Source: a virus
Lineage: Duplodnaviria; Caudoviricetes
Direction: 5' to 3' (one strand)
DNA: 64,000 nt
Virus record (IMG/VR): IMGVR_UViG_3300015607_004160
This document shows positions 38,921-47,616 of the stretch, piece after piece (position 1 is the stretch's first letter; every line of letters begins with the position of its first letter). Both the position numbers and the translations under genes were made by a program. Below the pieces are notes generated by a model that searched no databases, was not told where the DNA came from, and saw only the letters and a program-made list of their open reading frames with translations.

Positions 38921-39551
38921 ATTTGTTTAAAACATAATCTAATTTAATATCTCTAACTGTGGATTTTATCCATTGATCCGATGGCTTTTCATTCTCACCA
39001 TCAACATCCAAATCCCAATGCTCACCAGGAGACATATATTTACAATCATATGAATTATATACCTCCTCAGAATAATAACTATCATACTCAACTTCACCAA
39101 ATACGTTAGCGTAACATCCTATATCAGAACCTTCAACTGTATAATTAGAATACCCGTAGTCTTGTATATAACATAGTTGGCATGATAAGCAAGTTTTAAA
39201 CTTAGTAAAATAGTCTCTTGCTAATGTAAGATCATCCTCAATTAGTTTTTTAATATCACGAGTTCTCTTTGGATCTCTTAACTTATCTAAAAATTTGATA
39301 TGGTATTCACTACCAACATTTACACTTATTCTACTATTATATCCTTTTATATTAATAATATGTGTTTCAATTCGATATTTGCCTTTATCTATTGATATCA
39401 ATGATACACCACTGCCAAGTTTTCCCAAAGTAGCATATAGCCCCTGTTCTAATCCACTTGGTAATTCATCTAATATAAAATTAATGGTAGGAAATTTCAT
39501 TTCCTCACCTTTACCAGCACCTTTAACTCTTTTGCTTTGTATTTCTATCAT
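38919..39551 (-). CDS. Riboflavin kinase-like domain fused to a Cys-rich domain, with C-terminal RDIKL tag
   Basis: GAGKGEEMKFPTINF (cf. GxxxGxxLGFPTAN), IETHI, FLDKLR...LIEDD; then CLSCQLC...; ends VRDIKLDYVLNK. Confidence 0.6.
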   Translation of the reverse strand: MIEIQSKRVKGAGKGEEMKFPTINFILDELPSGLEQGLYATLGKLGSGVSLISIDKGKYRIETHIINIKGYNSRISVNVGSEYHIKFLDKLRDPKRTRDIKKLIEDDLTLARDYFTKFKTCLSCQLCYIQDYGYSNYTVEGSDIGCYANVFGEVEYDSYYSEEVYNSYDCKYMSPGEHWDLDVDGENEKPSDQWIKSTVRDIKLDYVLNK

Positions 39552-40210
39552 AATTCTAATTTATCCTTTATAAGATTTAATTTACCCTGTAAATCATAAC
39601 TTTTGTTCCAATCTGATCCCGAAATTAAATGGATAAATAAATAATCCATTGTGGACATTAATAATTCATCTTGATACATATGTCTTTCTGCAATTTCCTT
39701 TATTTTAAGATTATTATTTCGAATGTAATAATGCATATTACCACCTGTATCACAATTAAATCCATCAATATTTCCAGGATCAAATGACATTTGATTTTTA
39801 TTTCTAATATTATTAAGTATAATTAAACCGGGCCATGGGTATATTACATGTCCTTTAATATGATTTAAGCAAACTACATCACAATTTTCGTAATAGCTTT
39901 CATAAATATAATCTATAGGGAATATATCATGATCCATAATCATAATACTATCGCCATCATTTATAATACTTAATAAATATCTTAAAGCATGTTGATGTGA
40001 GGATGACCCAACAGAAGGAGATGTATTATTACAATCATAATATTTTATACCTAAATTATTTGTAATATTAACTATTTCCTTTTTAATATTGATATCAATA
40101 GAATTGTCTATTACTATAAATTCATGTTCAAATTTAACATATTTATCTATTGATGATTTCTGTATCTCAATATATTCTGGCTTATTATAATGTATTGAAA
40201 ATATTTTCAT
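39548..40210 (-). CDS. GT-A glycosyltransferase
   Basis: FIVIDNS, HQHAL, IMDHDIF (DxD), CDTGG. Confidence 0.7.
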   Translation of the reverse strand: MKIFSIHYNKPEYIEIQKSSIDKYVKFEHEFIVIDNSIDINIKKEIVNITNNLGIKYYDCNNTSPSVGSSSHQHALRYLLSIINDGDSIMIMDHDIFPIDYIYESYYENCDVVCLNHIKGHVIYPWPGLIILNNIRNKNQMSFDPGNIDGFNCDTGGNMHYYIRNNNLKIKEIAERHMYQDELLMSTMDYLFIHLISGSDWNKSYDLQGKLNLIKDKLEL

Positions 40211-40211
40211 C

Positions 40212-40769
40212 TTATTTCTTTATTGCATATGCGATTCTTGTAACATCTTTTCCAGTTGATGAGTAAATATATGGTGGATTCGTAACTTGATATAAATCAT
40301 ATTCTGGATTACTTCCAAATGCATCCATTATACCATTATAAACACCATCTAAATCAGCATCATGATAAATAATATATTTAGAACCAGCTTTAATAGCTTG
40401 TAATGTTTCTTTATTTGCATTTTCATATGTATGATCACCATCTATAAACCAACAATCAATTGGATAATGAATACTAAAGTCATAGTTTAGTGAATCTCCT
40501 ACTATTTTAACTACACCTTGAGGACACATTTCTCCACATTTTCTTATATCTAATGTTATTATTTCAGAATCAGGGGAAGCATTTTTCATTATTAAACAAC
40601 CCCTACCTGTATTTGTTCCTATTTCGAAAATTCTTTTTGGTTTCCATTCAGATATTAAACAATGTATAATCAAGTAATCCTCAGTAAATCCAATAAATTC
40701 ATCATTTATTAGGGCATTTCTAATTAGATCATTGCTTGTTATTATGTCAGTATATTTTATTTTATTCAT
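40212..40769 (-). CDS. SAM-dependent methyltransferase (Methyltransf_24-like)
   Basis: IFEIGTNTG, GDS, FIDGDHTY, YHD. Confidence 0.85.
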   Translation of the reverse strand: MNKIKYTDIITSNDLIRNALINDEFIGFTEDYLIIHCLISEWKPKRIFEIGTNTGRGCLIMKNASPDSEIITLDIRKCGEMCPQGVVKIVGDSLNYDFSIHYPIDCWFIDGDHTYENANKETLQAIKAGSKYIIYHDADLDGVYNGIMDAFGSNPEYDLYQVTNPPYIYSSTGKDVTRIAYAIKK

Positions 40770-41470
40770 AATTTATATTTTTTTAATTCATCTTTAAAAA
40801 TATTTCTAAAGTTAGATGACCAATAAGTTCCAGTCGTTTTCATATAATAAACTTCTTCTTCCGATAAAGTATCAGGAGTAATATACCATGGTAAATGCCT
40901 ACAAGAATATGGCTCAGGTGACCTAACTGCTTGAAAGAAATTGTTACTGGTCATATTTTCTGGTGTATCACTCATAAACCCATCCCATTCTCTATTTCTA
41001 TCATAGATTGCAAATGTTGTATCAAGCTCAGAAAAATAGAATCCATATTCATCTTGTGGTCTCTGCCAAAATTTTATCTCCCAATCATATATCATTTTTG
41101 TATAATCATTCTTTGGTAAATCATCTATCTTAAGCGAAAATCCACTCTTTATAATATTTACATTTTTAAATCCTTTCATTAAAAAATTCAAAAAATCATC
41201 AGGGACATCATATATATCCAAGTCAGGATCGGTTAGTATATAGTGCTGATCTTTATAATCATTTAAAATTCCAGATCTGTAAAGGCATTTATGCCCTAAA
41301 TTTTCTTTTAATCGATATACTTTATATGGACAGTCTTCATACCAATTCAATAATGGCTGATATGTGGAGTTATTATCTATAAATATAACATTTATATCAT
41401 GATCTGATAGAAATTCTGCCATCTTTTTTGGATTAGATAGCCTATTGTGCATTATTATAAAGCAATTCAT
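40766..41470 (-). CDS. GT2-like glycosyltransferase
   Basis: FIDNNSTY, NLGH, LTDPDL, DTTFA, RHLPWY. Confidence 0.75.
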   Translation of the reverse strand: MNCFIIMHNRLSNPKKMAEFLSDHDINVIFIDNNSTYQPLLNWYEDCPYKVYRLKENLGHKCLYRSGILNDYKDQHYILTDPDLDIYDVPDDFLNFLMKGFKNVNIIKSGFSLKIDDLPKNDYTKMIYDWEIKFWQRPQDEYGFYFSELDTTFAIYDRNREWDGFMSDTPENMTSNNFFQAVRSPEPYSCRHLPWYITPDTLSEEEVYYMKTTGTYWSSNFRNIFKDELKKYKL

Positions 41471-41471
41471 A

Positions 41472-42254
41472 TTACATTTCGTGTTTTATCCAATAACTTG
41501 GTAGAAAGTCTTCTACTGTATAAAAGGATCTTTCTGGTAACCTTGGATATAAGTGATATTCTTTTCCAGGTTGATATATAGATTGTATCATATATAGTAA
41601 GGAAGTTGATACGGTACTAACCTTTCGAGCACCCTCTATTATACCACACCAATCTATCATAGTATAATCATCTATTTTGTTCATTTGTATTAAAGGTAAA
41701 TCACATTTAACAATTTCATCTAGTCCTAAATTTACATTTAAGCTATTTTGAAAAAATGGATTATAAAAGTCATATTCGGTTATATCATTTAATACAAGTT
41801 GTTTCAATTTTTCTTCTCTTTCATAGTTTCTTGTAAATTTAATACTTTCCCATTGTTCAACTGGTAGTCCTAAAACTCTATATTTATCACTCATCCAATA
41901 TCTTGAAGCGGATGAGTCATGTGGTCTTAAATCTCTAAATATTTGATCAGAAAATCTTGTTGGTAAGTATAGTGTATCTTCAATAATATTACCATTTAAT
42001 ATTAATAATCCATGTTCAAATCTTTCATAATCTATGTTATATTCAGACATTTTTTTAAAATGAACATAATTAATATGTTCTTGTATCCATATGTATCCAT
42101 CTTGAATTGGAGCTATAACTTCCAATCCTAAATCATGTAGATATCTATAAATAGGCTCAATAAAGAGTATATCACCAAGTCCAAAAAACTGATTGAGTAC
42201 AACTTTTTTAACATTTGGATTTTCTTCAAGAAATTGTTTTACATCTATTGTCAT
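41472..42254 (-). CDS. Putative GT-B-type glycosyltransferase
   Basis: QFFGLGDILF N-terminal motif and DWCGIIEGA...VSTS, as in GT9-like enzymes. Confidence 0.55.
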   Translation of the reverse strand: MTIDVKQFLEENPNVKKVVLNQFFGLGDILFIEPIYRYLHDLGLEVIAPIQDGYIWIQEHINYVHFKKMSEYNIDYERFEHGLLILNGNIIEDTLYLPTRFSDQIFRDLRPHDSSASRYWMSDKYRVLGLPVEQWESIKFTRNYEREEKLKQLVLNDITEYDFYNPFFQNSLNVNLGLDEIVKCDLPLIQMNKIDDYTMIDWCGIIEGARKVSTVSTSLLYMIQSIYQPGKEYHLYPRLPERSFYTVEDFLPSYWIKHEM

Positions 42255-42278
42255 ATAGATATATATAATTAAAATGAA

Positions 42279-42863
42279 TTAAAATCCCAATAATTTCAAC
42301 AATTTTTTAAATTCAATTGAATAAATGATAATAAAATTCCAAAGGAAGCTTAATATTATAAATGATATCTCTGAAATAGATTGTATTCTATGTAATAGAA
42401 ATACTATACTTATTAACATTAATATTGATATTAATATCGAGGATATTGCTATTCTAAAATCATTTTTAATCATTTGAATACCTGTAAAGAATATTGAAAT
42501 AGTATAAAATAAGAAAAAAATACCAGCTGATATATTATGTAAAGTTTTATTGTGGTCCATATTAATGAAAGCAACATTAAATAGTCCAAAAATTGCTATA
42601 TTAAATAATAATCTTGTTAATTTCTTATACTTCAAATTCCATTCCGATATTGTTGTAGAATTTATACATATGGATGTAATTATCAGTAATAATGATGATA
42701 TCCATATAAAATTTGTTTCTTTATAAGTTCCAAATCTTGAAAGAGCTTCGGATGTTATTGGTAAATTAATTTTAAATATACCATATATTAATGTGGAACA
42801 GAAGATAATAAATGAGATAATTGTATGATACTTTTTAATTAATCTTATCTTCTGAATATTCAT
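42279..42863 (-). CDS. Multi-pass membrane protein (DUF998/Frag1-DRAM-like)
   Basis: About six hydrophobic segments; ALSRFG, LHNISAGIFF, conserved E in the last helix. Confidence 0.6.
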   Translation of the reverse strand: MNIQKIRLIKKYHTIISFIIFCSTLIYGIFKINLPITSEALSRFGTYKETNFIWISSLLLIITSICINSTTISEWNLKYKKLTRLLFNIAIFGLFNVAFINMDHNKTLHNISAGIFFLFYTISIFFTGIQMIKNDFRIAISSILISILMLISIVFLLHRIQSISEISFIILSFLWNFIIIYSIEFKKLLKLLGF

Positions 42864-42884
42864 ATCCTATATATAAAAAAGATA

Positions 42885-42918
42885 AAAAAAAAGTCGTATA
42901 TTTCTATACGACTTTTTT
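42885..42918 (-). terminator. Intrinsic terminator (GAAA loop on the minus strand)
   Basis: A-run-GTCGTATA-TTTC-TATACGAC-T-run. Confidence 0.8.
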
Positions 42919-42932
42919 ATTTCTCAAAAAAA

Positions 42933-43121
42933 TTAAGAAATAATTTTTTCAATTTTGGATTCTCTAACTTTAGATCTAACAATTGATTGATTATTTAAAT
43001 CTTCTGTTGTTATTTGACATTGATCCATTATAACCTTTAATAAATATTGTTTATTTTCCCATACTGGATCAATCTTTCCAGTCATTTCGGCGCTCATGTT
43101 TTTGCTACTAATTTCTGACAT
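42933..43121 (-). CDS. Small protein with C-terminal RESKI tag
   Basis: 62 aa, ends VRESKIEKIIS; has its own putative promoter and terminator. Confidence 0.7.
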   Translation of the reverse strand: MSEISSKNMSAEMTGKIDPVWENKQYLLKVIMDQCQITTEDLNNQSIVRSKVRESKIEKIIS

Positions 43122-43136
43122 AATTTTTTATTTATT

Positions 43137-43164
43137 TTATATAGCTTTCTTGGACAAATGTTTA
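43137..43164 (-). promoter_or_regulatory. Putative promoter, class TAAAC-N17-HTATAA
   Basis: Minus-strand TAAAC, 17 nt, ATATAA. Confidence 0.55.
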
Positions 43165-43198
43165 AAAAAAAGTCGAACATTTCTGTTCGACTTTTTTT
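43164..43198 (-). terminator. Intrinsic terminator of the tail sheath gene
   Basis: A-run-GTCGAACA-TTTC-TGTTCGAC-T-run, just after the sheath stop codon. Confidence 0.85.
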
Positions 43199-43212
43199 AT
43201 TTTATTCAATTA

Positions 43213-46200
43213 TTATGGGATTATAAAACCACCACTTTGAATAGCACCTGTTCTAAGGATTGTAATGTTATTAACAATTATACCCATACCTTTAATTGGT
43301 TCTACGTATGTGTCAAGAACACCGATTTGATTATCTATGATGTCATTTGTGTTATTTTCATCATCACATTTGTTGAAGTAGTTATATAAGCCATTCTTAC
43401 TAACGTATGTTTCACAAATAACGTCTGCTCTCAACTTAATTTCAGCTCTAGTTTCAGGTGTATTAAATCTCCATTGGAAATCTAGTAACATTCTAGAAAG
43501 TTCTCTTTCAAGTTCAATCAACACTTCTCTAACGTGTATGTAAGATAAAGCTGATTTATAAAGAGTTTGAGCTGTGTTTTCAGTTTCGATTACAAATCCT
43601 CTATTTCTCTTGTAAACGATTGGGTTCATTTGAGCTAAGTTAAGATTCTCAATATCTGTTAATGTAAAATCCATTTCAACATTATCGAATCCAGTAACTC
43701 TACCATTGTTAACACCCGCTGCAATTGTCCAAGGAACTATTGATGTTATATTTGAGTTATGTTTTCTCAAATATGTAGTTGCTGCGAACATTGCTGGTGG
43801 TAAATCAAGTGGTCTGCTATTATCATTTATTACCAAGTAAGGTAAGAAGTATCCAACACAAGTTGTACCTCTACCAGTACCGAATGAGTAGTAGAATGAC
43901 GGATTTGCTTCAGGATCACCACCATTAGCGATAAATGATGTGTCTAATACACCATCACTATTTGTGAATGATGGGTCAGATGAAGCCTTAAACTGTTTCA
44001 TTGAAGGCATATTTAAGAATCCAAGACAGTCTAATCTATCACCACATATATCTACTAATTGTTGTTTAGACCCCTCAATTAATCCTAATCCAAATGAGTC
44101 AACAACATATCTAAAATCAATTGCTTCTTTGTTTACTAAAGCGTTGAACATTGGTGTTCCTTTAGCAACAAGGTTTAAAATAGCTGTTTGTCTATCTTCA
44201 GTTCCATCAGGAATTGAAGCTTGTCTTACTTTAAATCCAGCTAATGTAATAGCCTTATAAGTAGTTACATAATCTTCGATAGTTGTGTATCTTGTTGTCT
44301 GCCAATCTGGACTAAGTGCTGTTCCATAATTTGAAACCGCAATTCTAGCATCGCAGGAAATTTCAACCAAAGTTGTATCAGCTGAGTAGAACTTCTTGCT
44401 TAAAATTCTGGTTAATTTTCTTGGAACTTCACCAGTTTCTAATAATGTATTATCTACATAAGCTTCTAAGAAATCACCAACTTTTACTTCGGTGTATCTT
44501 GATGCTGATACGAGAACCTTATTAGGAGATGTAGTATATCCAGTTGGATAAACTAGTTCCAATGTTTGTTTGTAATTTAGCTTATCAGAGAATAAATCAA
44601 ATCCAAATTTAGCATTTGCTAATTCGTCAATAGGTTGTGTATCTGCTGCATCTAAAGGAAGAGCATCACCGGCAGCATCAACAAATTCAACCTGAAGATT
44701 ATCAGAACTGTCAATATATATTTTAGTATAGTGTTTTAAATTTAATGCGTAAACACTTGTTACACTAAGTAAAGTTTCATCAACAACAGTCCCATTTACT
44801 ACAAATTTATATTCACCTGTAACTGGATTACCATGATTTGTATAGTCAGTTGCTATGGTTATAGTTCCTTTGTTTAATACTGAATCTGGAAATCTTAGTA
44901 AGTCACCTGACTGAATCATACCAACTGAAGGCCAACCACTTGTTGAAGTTCCAGTTGTTGTTTGTAAGGTAACATAGGCAGTTGCTCCAGATGTTGCAAA
45001 AGTAACATCAAATTCATCACCTTCAGTAATAAAGTTAGTGTAGAAATAATCACCACTATTAATAGTACCATTTGTATAATCTAAATAAAAGTCAGAATAT
45101 TTACCAGCAACACCTTCTGCGGTAGTTGCTACAGTTGATTTTGTAACAATTGTATCAGTACCAACAACAAACTCATCATCTACAGTATAGAACACTAAAA
45201 GACCATCTGTTACAATATCTGTGTATGTTGAAAGCCCAGATAGTGTAAATGACTTATTAGAAGTAGTTGATGTTACAATATTTGAAACTGTCACATCAGC
45301 TAAAGATAGTTTTTCTAATGTACTACCATTAACAATCATACTCATTTTAGCTTTAGCTACTGAATCTAATAAGCTAACAAGATTGTTAAAATATTTAATT
45401 CTTCTATATTGCTCATAATTTCTTAAACTTGGTGTAGCTGCGGTATCAGTGAAAGTAATCACTACACTGTTACTTGCTGTTGCTACAGTATAATCAGTAG
45501 TAAGAGCTAATTCATTAAATCCAGTAGATTTTGTACAAACATCAGTCCATGTTGGTGTACCAAATACACCACCAGCAGATATGTATGTTGTTGCATATCC
45601 AAGAACAAGGTCAGTTGCTTCAACTAATGGTTTAACATTTGTAGTTGTTCCATTAACCAATTCGATAATACCAGTATTCTTTAATACCAATGTTGATGTA
45701 TATGTCGCTCCTAAAGTAGTGAAGCTTGATGTTGCAACAGTAAATGTTGTTGTCGTTGTATCAACATCTACAGCCGCTCCACCAATTATAGCGTAAGGAG
45801 TGGCAGTGGTGAATGTTACATTCACACTAACACTTGATGCTGAATATGTTCCTAAAACAGTTTCAACACTATCAATATATCCCTCTGAGAAGTATGCAGT
45901 TCTACCTGGTGTGCCTGATGATCTAAAAGAAGAGAAGGTACCAATAATAGCCCATACATTACCAGTTTTATCAAGAGGAACATCACCAAATGCGGTAACT
46001 TCATTGATAGTATCATAATATGATAAGAAATCAATAGTTGCGTTTTCACTGCCAACTAAATTATTACCAATTAAATCAACCATACCTTTTGGATAATCAG
46101 TTTCAAATGAGTCAATATCAAATGCACAGAATACACCAGTTTTATCAGTGTCTCTGTTTATAATACTTTCGATAAATATATTTTTACCATTACCATCTCT

Positions 46201-46986
46201 AAAATATGGAATTAAAGATAGTCCTTCATAATATGCTAACAAATTAACATTTCTATCATTGGCAAAATCACTTATCATTGATTTCTTAAGACCAGTTGAA
46301 TCAAAGTATCTTGACCATCTAGGATCAACAGATAGAACTGAATAATTAGACCAATCACCACCTACAACAATAGCATCAACCATATATTCAGATGCGTAAT
46401 CATTTGTGTTTAAATATGGTGGAACTTTCTCTGCTGTACCATACCATTCAATTAAGGTTCTATCAAACCCTGTTAACTTAGTCTTAAACATAAATACACT
46501 CACAGGTCTATCTGAAAGGTTAGTTAAATTAAGAATAGTGTTACTTGTAGTACCTACTAGGTCAATAAAAGCATCAGTATCTCTTTTCCAGAAACCAGTT
46601 GTATTAAAGAACTTTCTATAAGAATCAGTTAATAATTCATCATTTGCTTTATCAGAAGCTGCTGATAATGATCTATATTCCATTTGGTCAAGTGTGTCAT
46701 CAGTTGCTAATAGATTAAGGGCGTATACCGGAGTAGATTCTAACATCTTAGCGATAGTTCTGTGAAAGAAAGATCCCTTTCTTTCTAATCCTCTATCAAT
46801 AGATCCGAATATGCTATCCAAGTCGTTTAGATTTGTTAAACGAACAGGGGTATTAATTGGTCCCTTCTTGGAAAACCCAACAACCAACGTATTAATTCCC
46901 TCAACAGTCGGGCTAGTAATTATTGAATTATCGTATTCTTCTATGAAGATACCTGGTCTTTTGTATTTACCAATTTGAATTGCCAT
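43213..46986 (-). CDS. gp18: Contractile tail sheath protein (T4 gp18-like) with large insertion
   Basis: RPGIFIEEYD, GFSKKGPINTP at the N-terminus; PWTIAAG, MNPI, SALSYIHVRE, FNTPETR, CDDENNT, YVEP at the C-terminus. Confidence 0.93.
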   Translation of the reverse strand: MAIQIGKYKRPGIFIEEYDNSIITSPTVEGINTLVVGFSKKGPINTPVRLTNLNDLDSIFGSIDRGLERKGSFFHRTIAKMLESTPVYALNLLATDDTLDQMEYRSLSAASDKANDELLTDSYRKFFNTTGFWKRDTDAFIDLVGTTSNTILNLTNLSDRPVSVFMFKTKLTGFDRTLIEWYGTAEKVPPYLNTNDYASEYMVDAIVVGGDWSNYSVLSVDPRWSRYFDSTGLKKSMISDFANDRNVNLLAYYEGLSLIPYFRDGNGKNIFIESIINRDTDKTGVFCAFDIDSFETDYPKGMVDLIGNNLVGSENATIDFLSYYDTINEVTAFGDVPLDKTGNVWAIIGTFSSFRSSGTPGRTAYFSEGYIDSVETVLGTYSASSVSVNVTFTTATPYAIIGGAAVDVDTTTTTFTVATSSFTTLGATYTSTLVLKNTGIIELVNGTTTNVKPLVEATDLVLGYATTYISAGGVFGTPTWTDVCTKSTGFNELALTTDYTVATASNSVVITFTDTAATPSLRNYEQYRRIKYFNNLVSLLDSVAKAKMSMIVNGSTLEKLSLADVTVSNIVTSTTSNKSFTLSGLSTYTDIVTDGLLVFYTVDDEFVVGTDTIVTKSTVATTAEGVAGKYSDFYLDYTNGTINSGDYFYTNFITEGDEFDVTFATSGATAYVTLQTTTGTSTSGWPSVGMIQSGDLLRFPDSVLNKGTITIATDYTNHGNPVTGEYKFVVNGTVVDETLLSVTSVYALNLKHYTKIYIDSSDNLQVEFVDAAGDALPLDAADTQPIDELANAKFGFDLFSDKLNYKQTLELVYPTGYTTSPNKVLVSASRYTEVKVGDFLEAYVDNTLLETGEVPRKLTRILSKKFYSADTTLVEISCDARIAVSNYGTALSPDWQTTRYTTIEDYVTTYKAITLAGFKVRQASIPDGTEDRQTAILNLVAKGTPMFNALVNKEAIDFRYVVDSFGLGLIEGSKQQLVDICGDRLDCLGFLNMPSMKQFKASSDPSFTNSDGVLDTSFIANGGDPEANPSFYYSFGTGRGTTCVGYFLPYLVINDNSRPLDLPPAMFAATTYLRKHNSNITSIVPWTIAAGVNNGRVTGFDNVEMDFTLTDIENLNLAQMNPIVYKRNRGFVIETENTAQTLYKSALSYIHVREVLIELERELSRMLLDFQWRFNTPETRAEIKLRADVICETYVSKNGLYNYFNKCDDENNTNDIIDNQIGVLDTYVEPIKGMGIIVNNITILRTGAIQSGGFIIP

Positions 46987-47049
46987 ATTAAAAATTTTAT
47001 TTTTTGTTACATTATATATAAAAATAAAAAAACAGATTTTTTCTATTTC

Positions 47050-47616
47050 TTATTTGGTTTTGATAAAATAATCTAACTTTTTTTTGTTATTAGCTAGACC
47101 ATCTTTCATTTGTTTTAATTTGTCCCTTGTATTTCTCTCCAATGTTACTATCTCATTCTTTAATTTGGTGATTCTTGATTTAATATCAGATATCTTCCCT
47201 TGAGTATATGCAACATCATTTTGTAGAGAGTCAGTTGCGTCTGGGTTTGTACCTATTGCACTTTGTCTTTGAGACAAAGTATCTGTTTGAGTACCTAATT
47301 CATTTTCAAGAGATCTTAGTTCTCTTGATTTTTCAGCAGATAAAGCATATAATCCAATAAGTGGATTAGTAAATTTTATTTTCTTTTTATCAAATGTATT
47401 TACAGGAATGAATTTTTGAGCAGCTAATTTTTTTATTAGATCTTTCTCATCTGTATACGTCTTATAAATATTATCAATAGTTGTCTTCTTGGATAAAAAT
47501 TCCTTAATATCAGATTCCGATTCATTAAAATAGCTCTTATCAGATGCTAATTCAGTTGGATCATTCTGGTAAACATTAAATTTTTCCCTTACAAAATCAC
47601 TATACTTCTTTATCAT
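47050..47616 (-). CDS. Coiled-coil protein with targeting-like motif
   Basis: MIKKYSDFVRE; heptad-rich C-terminal half. Confidence 0.75.
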   Translation of the reverse strand: MIKKYSDFVREKFNVYQNDPTELASDKSYFNESESDIKEFLSKKTTIDNIYKTYTDEKDLIKKLAAQKFIPVNTFDKKKIKFTNPLIGLYALSAEKSRELRSLENELGTQTDTLSQRQSAIGTNPDATDSLQNDVAYTQGKISDIKSRITKLKNEIVTLERNTRDKLKQMKDGLANNKKKLDYFIKTK

